Source of the DNA: Octopus vulgaris
Taxonomy: Eukaryota
Direction of reading: 5' to 3'
Assembly (NCBI GenBank): GCA_951406725.2
Contig: OX597822.1
Coordinates: 36,580,001 to 36,644,000, forward strand
DNA: 64,000 bases
In this document: piece after piece, positions 1 to 12,539 of the stretch
How positions within the stretch are numbered: the stretch's first letter is position 1
Layout of the letters: each line of letters opens with the position of its first letter
The notes under the pieces: model-generated
Databases searched by the model: none
Seen by the model: only the letters and a program-made list of their open reading frames with translations
What the model was told of the DNA's origin: nothing
Translations under genes and position numbers: made by a program

Positions 1-1
1 C

Positions 2-241
2 AAGTGCCTCCAGTTCCCAGTGCAATTATGCTTCGCTATGACAATCAACAAAGCTCAGGGTCAAACTTTAAAAATTGTGGGTTTCAATTTACAAATACCC
101 TGCTTTTCTCATGGACAACTATATATCGCATGCTCTCGAGTTAGCAGTGCAGATGACTTGTATATTTATTCTATCAATACTAGGCTTATGCAAAATATAG
201 TTTACCCGGAAGCATTGTCGGTTTCACTTAATATATATTGA
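2..241 (+). mobile_element. Helitron RepHel PIF1-like helicase C-terminal fragment (truncated by window start)
   Basis: Translation LQFPVQLCFAMTINKAQGQTL...PCFSHGQLYIACSRV matches PIF1/Helitron helicase motifs (QFPxxLAFAMTINKSQGQT, FSHGQLYVAxSRV). Confidence 0.9.
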
Positions 242-317
242 AGTGTGCAGTCTGCCCAAACATTAGAGATGATGCTTTTCACAATGAAGCAGCTTTCTTT
301 CCATGGACCTTACTTCC

Positions 318-551
318 TTATTTCTTTATTGCCCACAAGGGGCTAAACATAGAGGGGACAAACAAGGACAGACAAAAGAATTAAGTCGATTACATCAACC
401 CCAGTGTGTAACTGGTACTTAATTTATCAACCCCGAAAGGATGAAAAGCGAAGTCGATCTCGGTGGAATTTGAACTCAGAACGTAACAGCAGGCGAAATA
501 CCGTTAAGCACTTCGCCCAGCGTGCTAACGTTTCTGCCAGCTCGCCGCCTT
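318..551 (-). mobile_element. tRNA-derived SINE, family M (Meta-domain-like centre), full length
   Basis: Minus strand: GGCGGCGAGCTGGCAGAAACGTTAG (box A), GAGTTCAAATTCC (box B), CATCCTTTCGGGGTTGATAAATTAAGTACCAG centre, tail ending AATAAAGAAATA; near-identical copies at 2665, 48045, 51599. Confidence 0.9.
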
Positions 552-779
552 ACTTTCTGCAATACAGATACCTCTATGTCCTCATATGTCATCCAATTCT
601 TTTAATTTCTTAGGTATATTGGGACTTATTTTTAACACTCTGACATGAAATAAAATTATTTCATGTGGTCAGGTACCATTCTCAAACCAACAGCCAAAGT
701 CTATTTGTAGTGAATAAGAAACACCTTTATATTGCTCTACTCGACCCACCTACCACAACAGAACTGAGATCCTAAAACC

Positions 780-946
780 AAGGTGCTATGTAAAAAGCAG
801 TACATTGTGGAGTGGTTGGTATTAGGAAGGGCATCTAGTCGTAGAAACCAAGCCAAAACAGACTATGGAACCTGGCCTTGCAAGTTTCTTTCAAGCTGTC
901 CAACCCATGCCAGCACAAAAAATAGATGTTGAATGTTGATGATGAT
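780..946 (+). mobile_element. RTE LINE 3' end fragment
   Basis: GTGGTTGGTATTAGGAAGGGCATC...GTCCAACCCATGCCAGCA...(GAT)n tail, shared with copies linked to an RTE ORF end at 18815-19353. Confidence 0.75.
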
Positions 947-2069
947 TAATTTTTGATTCAGAAAAAGACTTACTGTAATGTTCTGTTCTTCAGTCATCAT
1001 GTCAATTCACTCTAATGATGTAGATGTAAATTATCCACGAAGATGTATCAACGAAATATACATGCTGAAATGAATCTGCCGACCAAAGAACTCTTTTACA
1101 TGCATATAATATAGAACATTCATTTTTAACTGAACATTTTCATCCTACACTTTATATCATACATCAACCTTCATCGAAGGGAAACAACTCTGTTAACTTG
1201 TCTTAGAAAAATAGTATTGACATGACAAATGAAACTATAACAATGTCAGCTACCAGAAAGAAACCTCATTCTCAAACCAAGAACTAAATGAAATTTTTTA
1301 TAACCATTATTCACTGTGAACAGCCTTTAGCTGTTGGTTGGCAGTGGTACCTGGCCAAGAGGTTGAATAATACTGCTACATGTCAAATGCAGGTTTCATC
1401 ATAATCAAGCAGAAATTTCAATGAGTTTCTCGCCTAGACAAAACTCCTTAAAATAAATCACTATTGTGTATAATTATAAGTTCAATTAACAACATTAATG
1501 TTACAATATAGTGACTGATTTTTATTTCTGTTCAGTGTATGTGTCTTGACACAAAGGCTAAGAGATCCAGGAGCAAGACATTAGTCATATTCAAATTCTA
1601 GTTCTGTGGTTTTTATGTAAACCCTGAGCAAAGCATCTTTAATTGTCCCAGTTTAATTGATCAAAAAGCAGACTCATGCCCGTGTCCTACCTTATCCCGT
1701 TTGGTACCCAATAAAAGGAAGGTATTTCACTAGATAACACTACACCAGAGCCTGGTGCCAACATCCAGCTGACATTTTGCCTGAACATGTGGGCCTTCTC
1801 TAAAAAGAATATTGATAATAGCTGGTGTTGCTTTGATAGCATTCATATCATGCGATCTGAGCAGGCCAATAAAGGGCCAACACATAGAAGCCATCTTCTC
1901 AAAACTCTCATTCTGCTCCAAACATCTGATGAACTGAATGCATCTCAAGTACTTGTCATGTAGAGCTAAGTCAGACTCATCATCATCATTGTGACTTCTA
2001 CCAAATGTGCTGAAAGCCAAGACAGTTCAGCTTCAAATAAATTCACCTATGCAACTTATCATCACTTGA

Positions 2070-3165
2070 ATTAGAGACAGCTTTGAAACAGACGGAACTG
2101 TTCAGAATGTCCACAAGATATGTTCAGGAAGACCATGACATCAATGAGACACCCCAGCCCCAAAAGCAAGAAAGTGTACTAGAAATGAGTTGCCAGAGTT
2201 CAAGAATATCTGTGCAGAAAGTGAGGTGTGAAATAGGAATTCATCCATCACATTTTGAACAACTGTCATTGGAAAAGTTACATTCCAAGAATAGTCCATG
2301 CTCCCAGTGAAGATTGAAGAATGGAGTTATGCAAGTGGTACTTGGAAAGATTTGTAGAAGTATGCTTTCCAGCAAAGATTGTTTGGAATGATGAGGCTAC
2401 ATTTAAACTAAAAGGCTCATTTAACTATGACAGTGCAGCTACTGGGGGCTTAAGAATTCACTTATTATGGAGGAACATCATATTAATTTACCAGGAGGTA
2501 CAGTATGGTGCACCATATCATCAAAAAGATTAATTGGACAATTCTTTTTTTTTGATGGTATGTGAATGGTTCTATTTACTTGAACTTGTAACAATCTAAG
2601 AGGACTTTGAAGGTGAGAAGTTTTATTTCTAGCAAGATGGAACACCCCAACACTACTATAGCAAGGCAGCGAGCTGGCAGAAACGTTAGCGCGCCAGGCA
2701 AAATGCGTAGCCGTATTTCGTCTGCCGTTACGTTCTGAGTTCAAATTCCGCCAAGGTCGACTTTGCCTTTCATCCTTTCGGGGTCGATAAATTAAGTACC
2801 AGTTACGCACTGGGGTCGATGTAATCGACTTTATACCTTTGTCTGTCCTTGTTTGTCCCCTCTATGTTTAGCCCCTTGTGGGTAATAAAGAAATATATAG
2901 CAATGTAAAGGCCTACATTGATATTTTTCCAGACAGGTGGATAGGACAAAGAGGTTCAATAGAATACCTCCTGTGATCACTGGACCTCACATTACGTTTT
3001 TATAGAGATACTGAAAAATAATATAAATTTCACTGTATAAAACATGCAACAGTCAATGAACTGAGGTTAGCCATTGAACTAGAACGTGCACAAATGCTGA
3101 ACATATGGAATACACACACAAAATAAACGGCAATGAAGTACACACGCTTGTATGTACACCCTGTA
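2070..3165 (+). mobile_element. Degraded Tc1/mariner-superfamily transposon interrupted by a SINE
   Basis: Frameshifted remnants [38 protein letters not shown] of a DDD/E transposase; probable right TIR end CACCCTG-TA at ~3157-3165. Confidence 0.8.
2665..2895 (+). mobile_element. SINE family M, full length, 8-bp TSD
   Basis: Box A/B head, Meta-like centre; TSD TATAGCAA at 2657-2664 and 2896-2903; splits the transposase remnant. Confidence 0.92.
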
Positions 3166-3769
3166 TTAGTGCAACTTTTTTCCAATACGTGCTCATATAT
3201 GTGCAAAACAAACCAATTCCGGTATCTACAAATCCCAAGAACTGTGGACTTAAACAAAAGAGCCTTGTTAATGACTGGCTAGAATTTTGTAAAGGAAGCA
3301 AAAAATCCATAAAGAAAATATTTTAACTATTTTGATTAATTTAATTGAAAAGTGTTCGGTTTCTAGGACACACGATCTTCTGAACTTTCGAACAACTGGG
3401 AACGTGAAACAAATTTCAGCTTTTACATGTCGATTCTGAAGATCCATAAAATCTTATCAATTAATTTAATTTCAATGAAGTTGTTAATGAATATAAAAAT
3501 ATAAAAGATTAAAAATCGCGAAAGATTGTAGACATAGATGATTAAAAGTTGTTTAGTTTGTAACCAAGGCTACTAAGATGGCAGAAACTGACAGTGTAAA
3601 TCTAGCAGTCGTTTCTGCGTATTTATTATTTTTTTTTGTTTTCTTATCAGTTATCTATTTTTATCGTTCTCTTTAAAACGGAAATAATTAAATGTATTTT
3701 AATTTAGTAGATACAAAAATTAAAATTAATATATTTATATCAAAAATAGAAATAGAGTTAACTCTATTT

Positions 3770-3953
3770 GTTGAGACGTTTTACAGTCGCCATGTTCTGT
3801 AGTTATACTTTGCCGAGTTGATGTAGTTTTATTATCGCCTTGAAACTGGCTTTCCATCTGTAGCAAAATTGAAATATTTTGCTATTTAGAAACAAAGGAT
3901 ATTACGTAATATTTCTCGGAAGGAGGTTGTTGAATAATTATAGCACAAACAAG
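3770..3953 (+). other. Candidate non-coding first exon (5' UTR) of the Bcl-2-family gene; 5' boundary uncertain
   Basis: Consensus donor AAG|GTAAGA at 3953/3954 inside the CpG-rich patch; the coding exon has an acceptor TTTCTCTTTAG|G at 6761/6762, implying an upstream exon. Confidence 0.45.
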
Positions 3954-4073
3954 GTAAGATAGTAAACGGGATTTAGGTTACAGTTTCATTCTTAAAAGCA
4001 AAAGGGAGGCGGAGGAGAGAAAGCTAACGTTCATTCATTCATATATTTTCTCTCATTCTTCACCAAGACAACC

Positions 4074-4117
4074 CTACTGTCCCCTTACTGTCTCCCTACT
4101 GTTCTCTTACTGATTTC
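4074..4117. repeat. 11-bp degenerate tandem repeat, about 4 copies
   Basis: CTACTGTCCCC TTACTGTCTCC CTACTGTTCTC TTACTGATTTC. Confidence 0.7.
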
Positions 4118-4487
4118 CTTCCCATTTCCTCGTTTGTCACACTGTTCTCCCAACAAAAGCCGCATACTTTCTCACGGTTTTCGAATCAAATAATAAGTTC
4201 CTTTGTAATATTGAACTATATATATATATATATATATACATACTCTTCTGAGCGGTTGTTTCCGATAAATATGGCAAACATTTTGGAAGTTATTAGATAT
4301 TTTTTTCTCCCATATAAAAAGATTTACACAATTTTACAAAGCATATAAAGTGAAGTGGTGTTTCAGATTGTCAGAAATAGAAATAAAAGCTCTTAGATCA
4401 GCGACCACCACGGTAGATAAATTGTAAACTTACACGCATACCCACAACTGAATGCAGATGTGTAGATATATGCGTTTACTCATTCCG

Positions 4488-4552
<65 letters not shown>

Positions 4553-6767
4553 CTCAAGTAATTGAAGATAATAATTGAGTGTATCAATGAAGATGTAGCA
4601 AGGAATAATTTTATGAAAGAGATTCTAGCCTATCCCCGATCTCTGTCAAATACCGCTCCCCAGTGAGAGTAATTAAATCATTTCGCGAGCGTTAATTAAT
4701 AGCTTCAGTTAAATTGACCACCGAAACTGTAAACAACGAACGATCCAAAGGGGTTCTTTTGGCAATGAATTTATTTTTGGCTTTGTTTTCAGTTGATCCT
4801 TTTGTTTCAAATTTGTCACACTGACTCATTCTCCCACATGCATCAGACGGAGTGCTTGCATCACATATACTCACATTACCGGTCTTATTTAACTACTGTA
4901 GCCTTTAACTATCGTACCTGCCATTATGTGTAAAGCACCTCGAACTAGGCGTGCACTCGACATGTAACTAACTGCGCACAAATTATTTCTATACTTTTTT
5001 AACAGTAACTCGCATCTATATGTGTTTTGTTTTAATCCTAATTAGACAATGAATTATCTTTAAAACTTTTCCTGATAGTATTACGGAACATAAAAAGACA
5101 GTGTATGCAAACACTACTCTAAAATGGTGTCAAATCTCGTGTAGTTTTGACTGTTTACCCATCAGGTCAGTTTTAATCGTGCAGACAAAAGGCATTCCAG
5201 CTATGACCATCCCGTCTTGCAGTGAGTCTACGCTCATATTATCTATGTTTTTAAAACTACAGGGTGTGATTTGATGGAGATTTGGCTGCTGTTTCTAGCA
5301 CAGTTTGATCAACAAAATACAGTCTCTTGATTCTTGTGATTGTAGTATCTATATGTATGTGTTGCAGGTACCTTTACACGAATATTGTATCAGTGGAGCA
5401 TTTTATGTTTGTATATGTGACTGAAGGAGTATATTATAGTCGTGTATTACAGTACCTGTGTGTGTTTGGCTGCACTTGTGTAATGAATGTGTACATCTAG
5501 AAATATCATTTGTATAAACTGAGCAGTTAAATGGCTTCCTAATTGCTTGCCCATAACTTTATTCTTTTTCACTCAATCCTGATCAGTATAAGGTAAAAAG
5601 AAAAAAAAAAAAAACAATTGTCACTGGCTCACGTGAGACAGCTTGTGTACATCTGTCACTTCTGCACGTGCACATGCATGTACAGTAGCAGTAGTATATA
5701 GCTGTGTGTAAAATTCTGTTCATAGCTAATATATATCTATATCTGCCCAGAATTAATAATAAAAAAAGAGAAAACAAAGAAAATAAAGTTTTTCAATTTA
5801 TCAGAGTTATAACACAAGATTTATCGATGCATATTACGTCTGTGTGTGGTCCTATAACGTGCGAAACTGTATATGTGAATCGAAATTAGAAGTATTAGTA
5901 CAGACTCGCTGAAAGTCTTGTGATTTGGTCCTAATACTGCTACTACATGAAACATAATGGTTATTCAGAAAGGGTTAGTGCGTAAATGGGCAGATGTAGT
6001 GAGAGTAATTTTTTTCATACCACTTTCTTATTGCCAATTACCCGTTCAGGAGTTGTAGATAAACAATTTGTGCCTGAGGAGACATTATTGTGGGAATTAA
6101 CTGAAATTAAAGCATACCCACCCACACATAGACACACGCGCATACATACATACACAGATAAACAAACAAACAAAAAGAGGGCGTGTGAAAGAAATATGGA
6201 CTTTTACGAAATAGGAATTTGAAAAAGAAAATGGAAAATGTTTTGGGTGTTTATCTGGAAGTAATATTTTCTAACGGAAACTTAACCGAGGAACAGAAAA
6301 AGCTAAAAACAAAAATAATTGCTGATTGATAAGATCTATTTACCAAAATAATATCTACCAACTTGGTGTCTGGAAATTTCTTACTCCTCTCATTTTGATA
6401 TTTTAAAATTGCTTCTGTTGTTTCTTCAAATTAATTTGACATTCTTTAACTTATTTTTGTAAATATAACATATATTTAAATATATTTACATGAGAAAATC
6501 ATTAAAAATTACCAATATAAAAGGAGAACATCGCTGGTAATTTCTACATTCTTTCAATTCAAACCTTTGAAAAATGTATGAACACTTTACATTTTTATTT
6601 AACTGATTTTAATATTTTTGGAAACTAAACTCTTGAATATTTTAGTTTTGTTTTAATTTGTAACTATTCGCCTTTTAAAGAGAGTTACAGTGAGTGTGAT
6701 AAATGTTAATTCTTTAATATCAAAAATCTAATGTCTAACTGTTGAACAAATTTCTCTTTAGGATGCT

Positions 6768-7220
6768 ATGGGTTCTTCGTCAAATAACAACTCCGAGATG
6801 AATGTGCCGGTCTCTCGGTATTTGCTTGAAGATTATGTTAACTACCGTCTAAGGAGGCAGGGTTTTACCTGGGAAAACTGTCCCTGCTTTGACCGCCGTC
6901 CAAGTAAAGTGGCAATCAGTATGCGTGCCATGGCCGATGAGTTTGAGGAAAGATATCATGACCAATTCTCAAATATGTGCCAACAACTTCATATTACTCA
7001 GCATACAGCTTATTGCACTTTTCAGGCTGTTATTAATGAACTTTTTAGTGACCAGACTATTAACTGGGGTCGAATTGTCGCCCTATTCTCTTTCAGTGGA
7101 GCTTTATCCCTTCAGAGTGTTGAGAAAGAAATGCCTTATCTTGTGGACAACATTGTAGAATGGGCTCATACGTACTTAACTGATAATTTGAACCCTTGGA
7201 TAAATGCACATGGTGGATGG
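6768..7220 (+). CDS. BCL2L1: Bcl-2/Bcl-xL-like anti-apoptotic protein, coding exon A (151 codons)
   Basis: BH4 SRYLLEDYVNYRLRRQGFTW; BH3 MRAMADEFEERY; BH1 ELFSDQTINWGRIVALFSFSG; BH2 start WINAHGGW followed by donor TGG|GTAAGA (phase 0). Acceptor at 6761/6762. The symbol means Bcl-xL/Bcl-2-like; one-to-one orthology is not established. Confidence 0.95.
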
Positions 7221-8253
7221 GTAAGAAGTTTTCATTTATATCTCTGCTTTATTGATTTGTTTAATATTTGTGTCACTGTGTTAAAACTAAATTTATTTTG
7301 TTTGTGTTTGTCAATTTGGATCAGTACATTGAAAACAAATGAAACAGAAAGAGAGAAAATTTTTTTTTTGTATCGATAAAAAATATGTATATTGCATCAC
7401 ATCTAGGGTGTGTACAAAACATGCAATTTAATTTTGGGTCCAAAAAGAATCAGTTAAAAGTAATGTTGGTTTGTCAGTCAAAACTCACAGTTCTTTTGTG
7501 GTTGTAGGGGAAACAGCCAGTTTAATTGACCCAATACTTAACTGGTATTTACTTAATGAAGTCTGAAATGGTCAAAGTCATTCTCAGTGGAATTTGAACT
7601 CAGAACAATATGTAACATAATCATACAACATTGTTCTCATATATAATATTTCTAAGTTTGACTAACAATGCATGAATGATTGTTATAGTAAGAAAGACAA
7701 ATTTAATTTTAATTAAGTTTTGAAGTTTAGATTAGTTACTATACTTCCACTTGTTCACCAGTAGAAATCATATCAGCTTCACAGCAGATGCTGTTTAGTA
7801 TAATAATAATTAAATTATTATTGTTTTTATTATGAAAAATTTTGGGAGTTCCTCCTTTTTAAACAACTAATTATGCCACTCGAAAGCAGCACTTGTGTTT
7901 GAAAAGGCTGCATGTTAGACATGCCAGAATTTTTAGGAATTGTCTAAAAGAACTGATAAAAGACCTGTCCTATAGATTTGTCCAATTCAATTCAACATAG
8001 AAAATGAAATCAGTTTAACATGTAAATGTCTGAGAGTTGTAATTATGTTTCTTCTCTCAACCCCCATTTCTATAGGCTTGCACCAATATTTGTCCTGATG
8101 TAGTACTGCATTTGAGACTGGAGATAAATTCTTCGCCACATTCCGTCCTGTTAATTTCTTCTTTTTAAATTTTTTAAAAATATATTTTGATAATGAATGA
8201 TGAAAATATCCTTTCTACTTTTGAATGTATCAGGATTCTTTGATGTTTGTGTG

Positions 8254-8297
<44 letters not shown>

Positions 8298-8374
8298 TAC
8301 ATACATACATGTGTGTACATATCTGTATGTTGATCTCAGAGTTAGATACACCCTTCACCTTAGTATATTCTTTA

Positions 8375-8591
8375 TAAACCCTTTTAACACTTTAATCCTT
8401 TTGTTACCTTTGTTTCAATTAATTTTGAAATTAATGAAGAATTAATGAAATGTTTGCCATTAGAAAAATGAGATTAGAAACAAATTAACATGAAATATTA
8501 ATGGAAAGTATTAATTTAAATCACTGTAAACAAGAAGTTTGTGTTATAAAACCTGGGTTGAATCCATGTGGCTTGGCATGAAAAGGGTTAA
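8375..8591. mobile_element. piggyBac-like (TTAA) MITE, family P2
   Basis: Starts AAACCCTTTT, ends AAAAGGGTTAA; internal similarity to 11173-11386 and 46132-46327. Confidence 0.55.
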
Positions 8592-8999
8592 GGACAAGGT
8601 ATATCATATGCAAAAGTAGTTCTTGCATTTACCTTTTATACATAAAAGTATAAAAGTAACCTTATCCTAACCATTCATACATATTTTATTTATGGCATTT
8701 TTTACCTTTGATCATTTGTTTTTGTATATTGGTATACCTTAACATCAACTAACTTAATGAAAACGAAATGTCTGTTATAGAAACAGTACTGGTTGTTTCT
8801 TTTCATGGAGGTAATTGCTAATGATAGTCTTTTTCAGACAGAAGGGGAGGTTTCTATGCTAAGTCTTGTTGAATAATACAGTTATGTATTCTGAGTTAAA
8901 AATAACTGAAAACAGCTGCAGTAAAATATTGAAATATTAAACAATTACAAATGAGGGATTAAACAGTTTAGAAAATTAGAACAGTAACTTTATAATTGA

Positions 9000-10585
9000 C
9001 TAGCAGAGATACCCGGCACTGCTCGGGATTAAAATGGTATAGTTCGTATATATAAATTACAATTGTATTGAAACAGGTGATAGGGGAAAGTGCAGCATTG
9101 ATGACAAAACATTTGTGGGGTAAATGATGGTCTAATTTGACCAAGCAACATGTAATATGTCCATTTGGAGGATTCCAGGCCCTAACTTATGGAAAATTGG
9201 GAGTGGGTGAATATACTCACCTTTGAGGCAGTCAGCACTGCATCTAACACAACCCATCGTATGGTTGACAGTCAAATGAATGGATGTGTAATAGGTGATA
9301 TTGTACCTAAATGGGTACATTACGGAAATGGGCTGTAATGGGAGATAGCAACGGGGAAAGCGAACTGTTGAAATGTTGCAGAAGGTGAAGGCTTGACATT
9401 GGATTGCTGATGTGGCTGTAGAATAAGAAACAAAGTGAACCTATGCAATCACAAGAGAATATGTAGTAATGCATTACTTGAAAAAATAAGGCATAATGGA
9501 TTATCACTTGGTATGTACATAGTTTGTCTTTATTTTTGTATGGAGTGTAAATTAACGAAATAGAAGCACATGTATGGAACTGCTAATTTAACAGTAAATG
9601 TCGCAATAAATATTAGAGAGAGACAAAGAAGTATATATATATAAGTTTCTTAATGTAAGGGCAAATATGTAACTGTAAATACCTTGCAACTCATACACTC
9701 ACAGACAGATATACACTCATATACAAAATGTGACATCATCATCGTGGTATAAAATGTTTCTGACATACACTCACATACATATACTAAGATAGCTACACAG
9801 CGACATACTTTCATGCATGTCAGTTGTTACATATGTATGTGTAGACGTGTGTGCGTGTTTAATAACATACTTAACATGGAAAGACACAATCATACACATA
9901 CAGTCATATACAAAATGTGATGTTGTTGTAGTATAAAATGTTCTGTTGACAATAGAAAGATTATCCCTATGAAATATTGTTTTAATTGAAATGAAAATAA
10001 AATTTTGTACAGACACTGGCCAGCCCTCACATATAGCAAGATAGAATTTTGTATTGACCCTGGCCAGTCCTCACGTACATATAGTAAGATAGACACACAC
10101 AGACATACATTCACACATGTCAGTCAACATGTATGTGTAGATGTGTGTGTTTAATAATGTATTGTTACATATGTATATGTAGATGTGTGCATGTTTAATA
10201 ACGTACCTAATGCGGAAAGACACACACTATGAGACATACATACTCATACACTCACACATATATTCACAGACAGATACACAGTCATATACAAAATGTGACG
10301 TTGTGGTGATTGTGGTTAGAATTAAAAGTAAAAGTATAAAAGTGAAGCAATATATCACGTTACAATATAGATCCTATTCCTTCACTTTTATTCTTTGACT
10401 TTTGGCACGTAATACTGAACCAGTATCAGTGTTGCATTGTTTTAATCCAAATGACAAAAAAATTACATATTGACACTCATGTGGTCTGATAGAATGACTA
10501 TGTAAAATTTGATTTGATTTGGTTGAGACATTTGAGAATGTATTGGTAACAGACAGAAAGACAAAGGATTTTATATATAGAGAGA
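9000..10585 (-). mobile_element. Non-autonomous Helitron, about 1.59 kb
   Basis: Minus strand A|TCTCTCTATATATAAAA ... CCCGAGCAGTGCCGGG hairpin-TATCTCTG-CTAG|T; A/T insertion site without TSD; internal degenerate direct repeats at 9690-10300. Confidence 0.8.
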
Positions 10586-11004
10586 TTATGGCTGTGAGAT
10601 AGATAACCAAAAAATAAAGACTACCAACAAAACAGCATATGTTGCTTTCAACAAATGAATGATGCTTGAATTGTAGAGTTTGTATGGGCTGATTATTGAT
10701 ATGGAATCAATGAAACATAGTATTATAACAGAACTTAAGTAAAATAATTTAGGTTTCATTTTTATATCTACTGATTTTGCTGATTTAAATCTACTTTTTC
10801 ATGGCATTTAGGAAGGAAGGATATTGTTTGTAGGGGCTCTTTCTGTTATTGTCATCTCATTTGCAATGCTAGGGTAAAATCTGTTGTCAACTGAGACAAC
10901 CAAAATATGTATTTACTACTCAGTGAATGCAGTTACATTTGAACTTACACTGATTGCCAGTAATCCAGCATTTTGCATGATGTAGTTTGGCATATTGAAA
11001 ATAA

Positions 11005-11157
11005 TCAACTCTTTAGCATTTCTGACCAAAACATTCTTCCTGTTTTATATTCAAACTGGCCAAATTTTGAAGTTATTAGGTAACACATGATTGATTCAAG
11101 CAATATAAATAAATAGGCATTACATTTAACAGAGTAATTTGAATGCTAAAGGGTTAA
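11005..11157. mobile_element. piggyBac-like MITE family P1 (internally deleted)
   Basis: AACTCTTTAGCATT ... AATGCTAAAGGGTTAA termini; similar to 25979-26193 and 36750-36980. Confidence 0.6.
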
Positions 11158-11172
11158 GATATCTTTTTTTAC

Positions 11173-11386
11173 TTAACCCTTTCGTTACCAACCTGGCTGA
11201 AATCAGCTCTGGCTCTGAGTACAAATGTCCTGTTTTCATAAATTTTGAATTAAAATCTTCCACAATTTCTGTTCTTAACACTAGCTGAATGATAACTAAA
11301 TTATTTTACTAAATTCTTTGTTGTATTTGAAGTAATTGAAAGAAACACAGAGCATCTCAAAATAAATACAGTAACGAAAGTTTTAA
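11173..11386. mobile_element. piggyBac-like MITE family P2
   Basis: TTAACCCTTTCGTTAC ... GTAACGAAAGTTTTAA terminal inverted repeats. Confidence 0.7.
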
Positions 11387-12539
11387 ATATTCCTTGCATT
11401 TTATTACACAGGGCAATAATCTGTTAACTTCAGTAACTCCAGACTTTATATAGCAAATAAATCAGCAATGTTGAAACTGAAATGAAAGAGATTGTTTTCT
11501 CAAATCTTGTATTTTGCCATTGAAAGCAGTTCATAGTTGCTTTGAAATGTTGCAATTGTAACAGTCATGTTTTAGCTAGGCACTGTTAGCTGAGCAAAAA
11601 TGTAAATTATAGCATTATCCTTATTTCATAGATTCTCAATCTGTAGATGAAAGGGTGATATAAATATTTAATATATTCTTTGTATTTCAAATTGCAGCAG
11701 AAATTCTTTGGTTGGTATTCTAGCTGTAGTCATCCTATAATTACCTATTCTGCTTGAAAAAATTAATTCAAAATTTAATTTTGTAATGATAACCAATTTT
11801 ATTGATATATTAGGTTTCTAGTCAGTACAGAGACATTTAGCTTTAAAATTTCATTAGAAATGTATTTGCTTCATGTTACATTTTGGCCACTTTTATTTTA
11901 GTGATGTGTAATGTTTCATTATACACAAAGCATATTTATTCTTATCTGACAGTTAAAATCAAATTTAATCTTATTGTTGTTAATGAAGGAGATAGAATAT
12001 CTAATAAATGCTCTCTACTAAGAATATGTTAACAAGCAAATTATTTTCTGAAAGCGAATATTGCAATAGTTAAAGAGGTGAATATTAAGCTTCTTAACTT
12101 GTCTCAACATGACTAAGCCCCAAAAGAATAGTCTTACCATTTAGACAGGTGTTAATGCTTTCAATAAAAATGTTAACTCATTAACAAAGCAATAAAGAAA
12201 GACTGAACAATAAAATATATTTTGAAACTGTACTATTTCTTGTCCTCATTTTCTATATAACAATCAAAGTCGACAAAGTAAGCTCCTCAAATACTTAACC
12301 AGTTCTCTGATTTTCTATTAATTTATTTCGTTAAAAGTAGAACTAAAAATTTTGTAAAACGATTCATCTCTTACCTTGTGACTCATCAGAACAATTGTTG
12401 CTGTAATACCTATAAAGATAGTGACTAGTGAAGTTGCAATTATGCCTGTCTTTTCCAGTCACCTCTATTTTTTCTAGGATTAGTAATTTCTTACAATCAT
12501 TATACAGGGTAAATATTTTACCATTATATACTTGCCCCT

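Larger units (their letters stand above)
3340..5000. promoter_or_regulatory. CpG-retaining putative promoter region of the Bcl-2-family gene
   Basis: About 45-50 CpG in 1.65 kb by eye versus about 6 in 2 kb of intron (10.6-12.6 kb); TE-poor; YY1-like AAGATGGC (~3575) and CGCCATGTT (~3788). Confidence 0.5.

Noticed and set aside
404-613. Recurring short ORFs such as MCNWYLIY…, MGFFQFPS…, MVSSLLTNH…
   Set aside because: They are translations of SINE copies, not genes
1730-2020. 96-aa minus-strand ORF
   Set aside because: Non-ATG start, no recognisable motif and no clear splice context; needs BLASTX
7026-7034. Bcl-xS-type alternative 5' splice site at the position homologous to the human xS donor
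   Set aside because: A GT is present in phase 0, but GCT|GTTATT is a poor donor and the GT is explained by the Val codon
6768-7379. 203-aa ORF taken as the complete single-exon gene
   Set aside because: A consensus donor follows GGW, homology stops there, and the true BH2/TM exon is at 63423-63563
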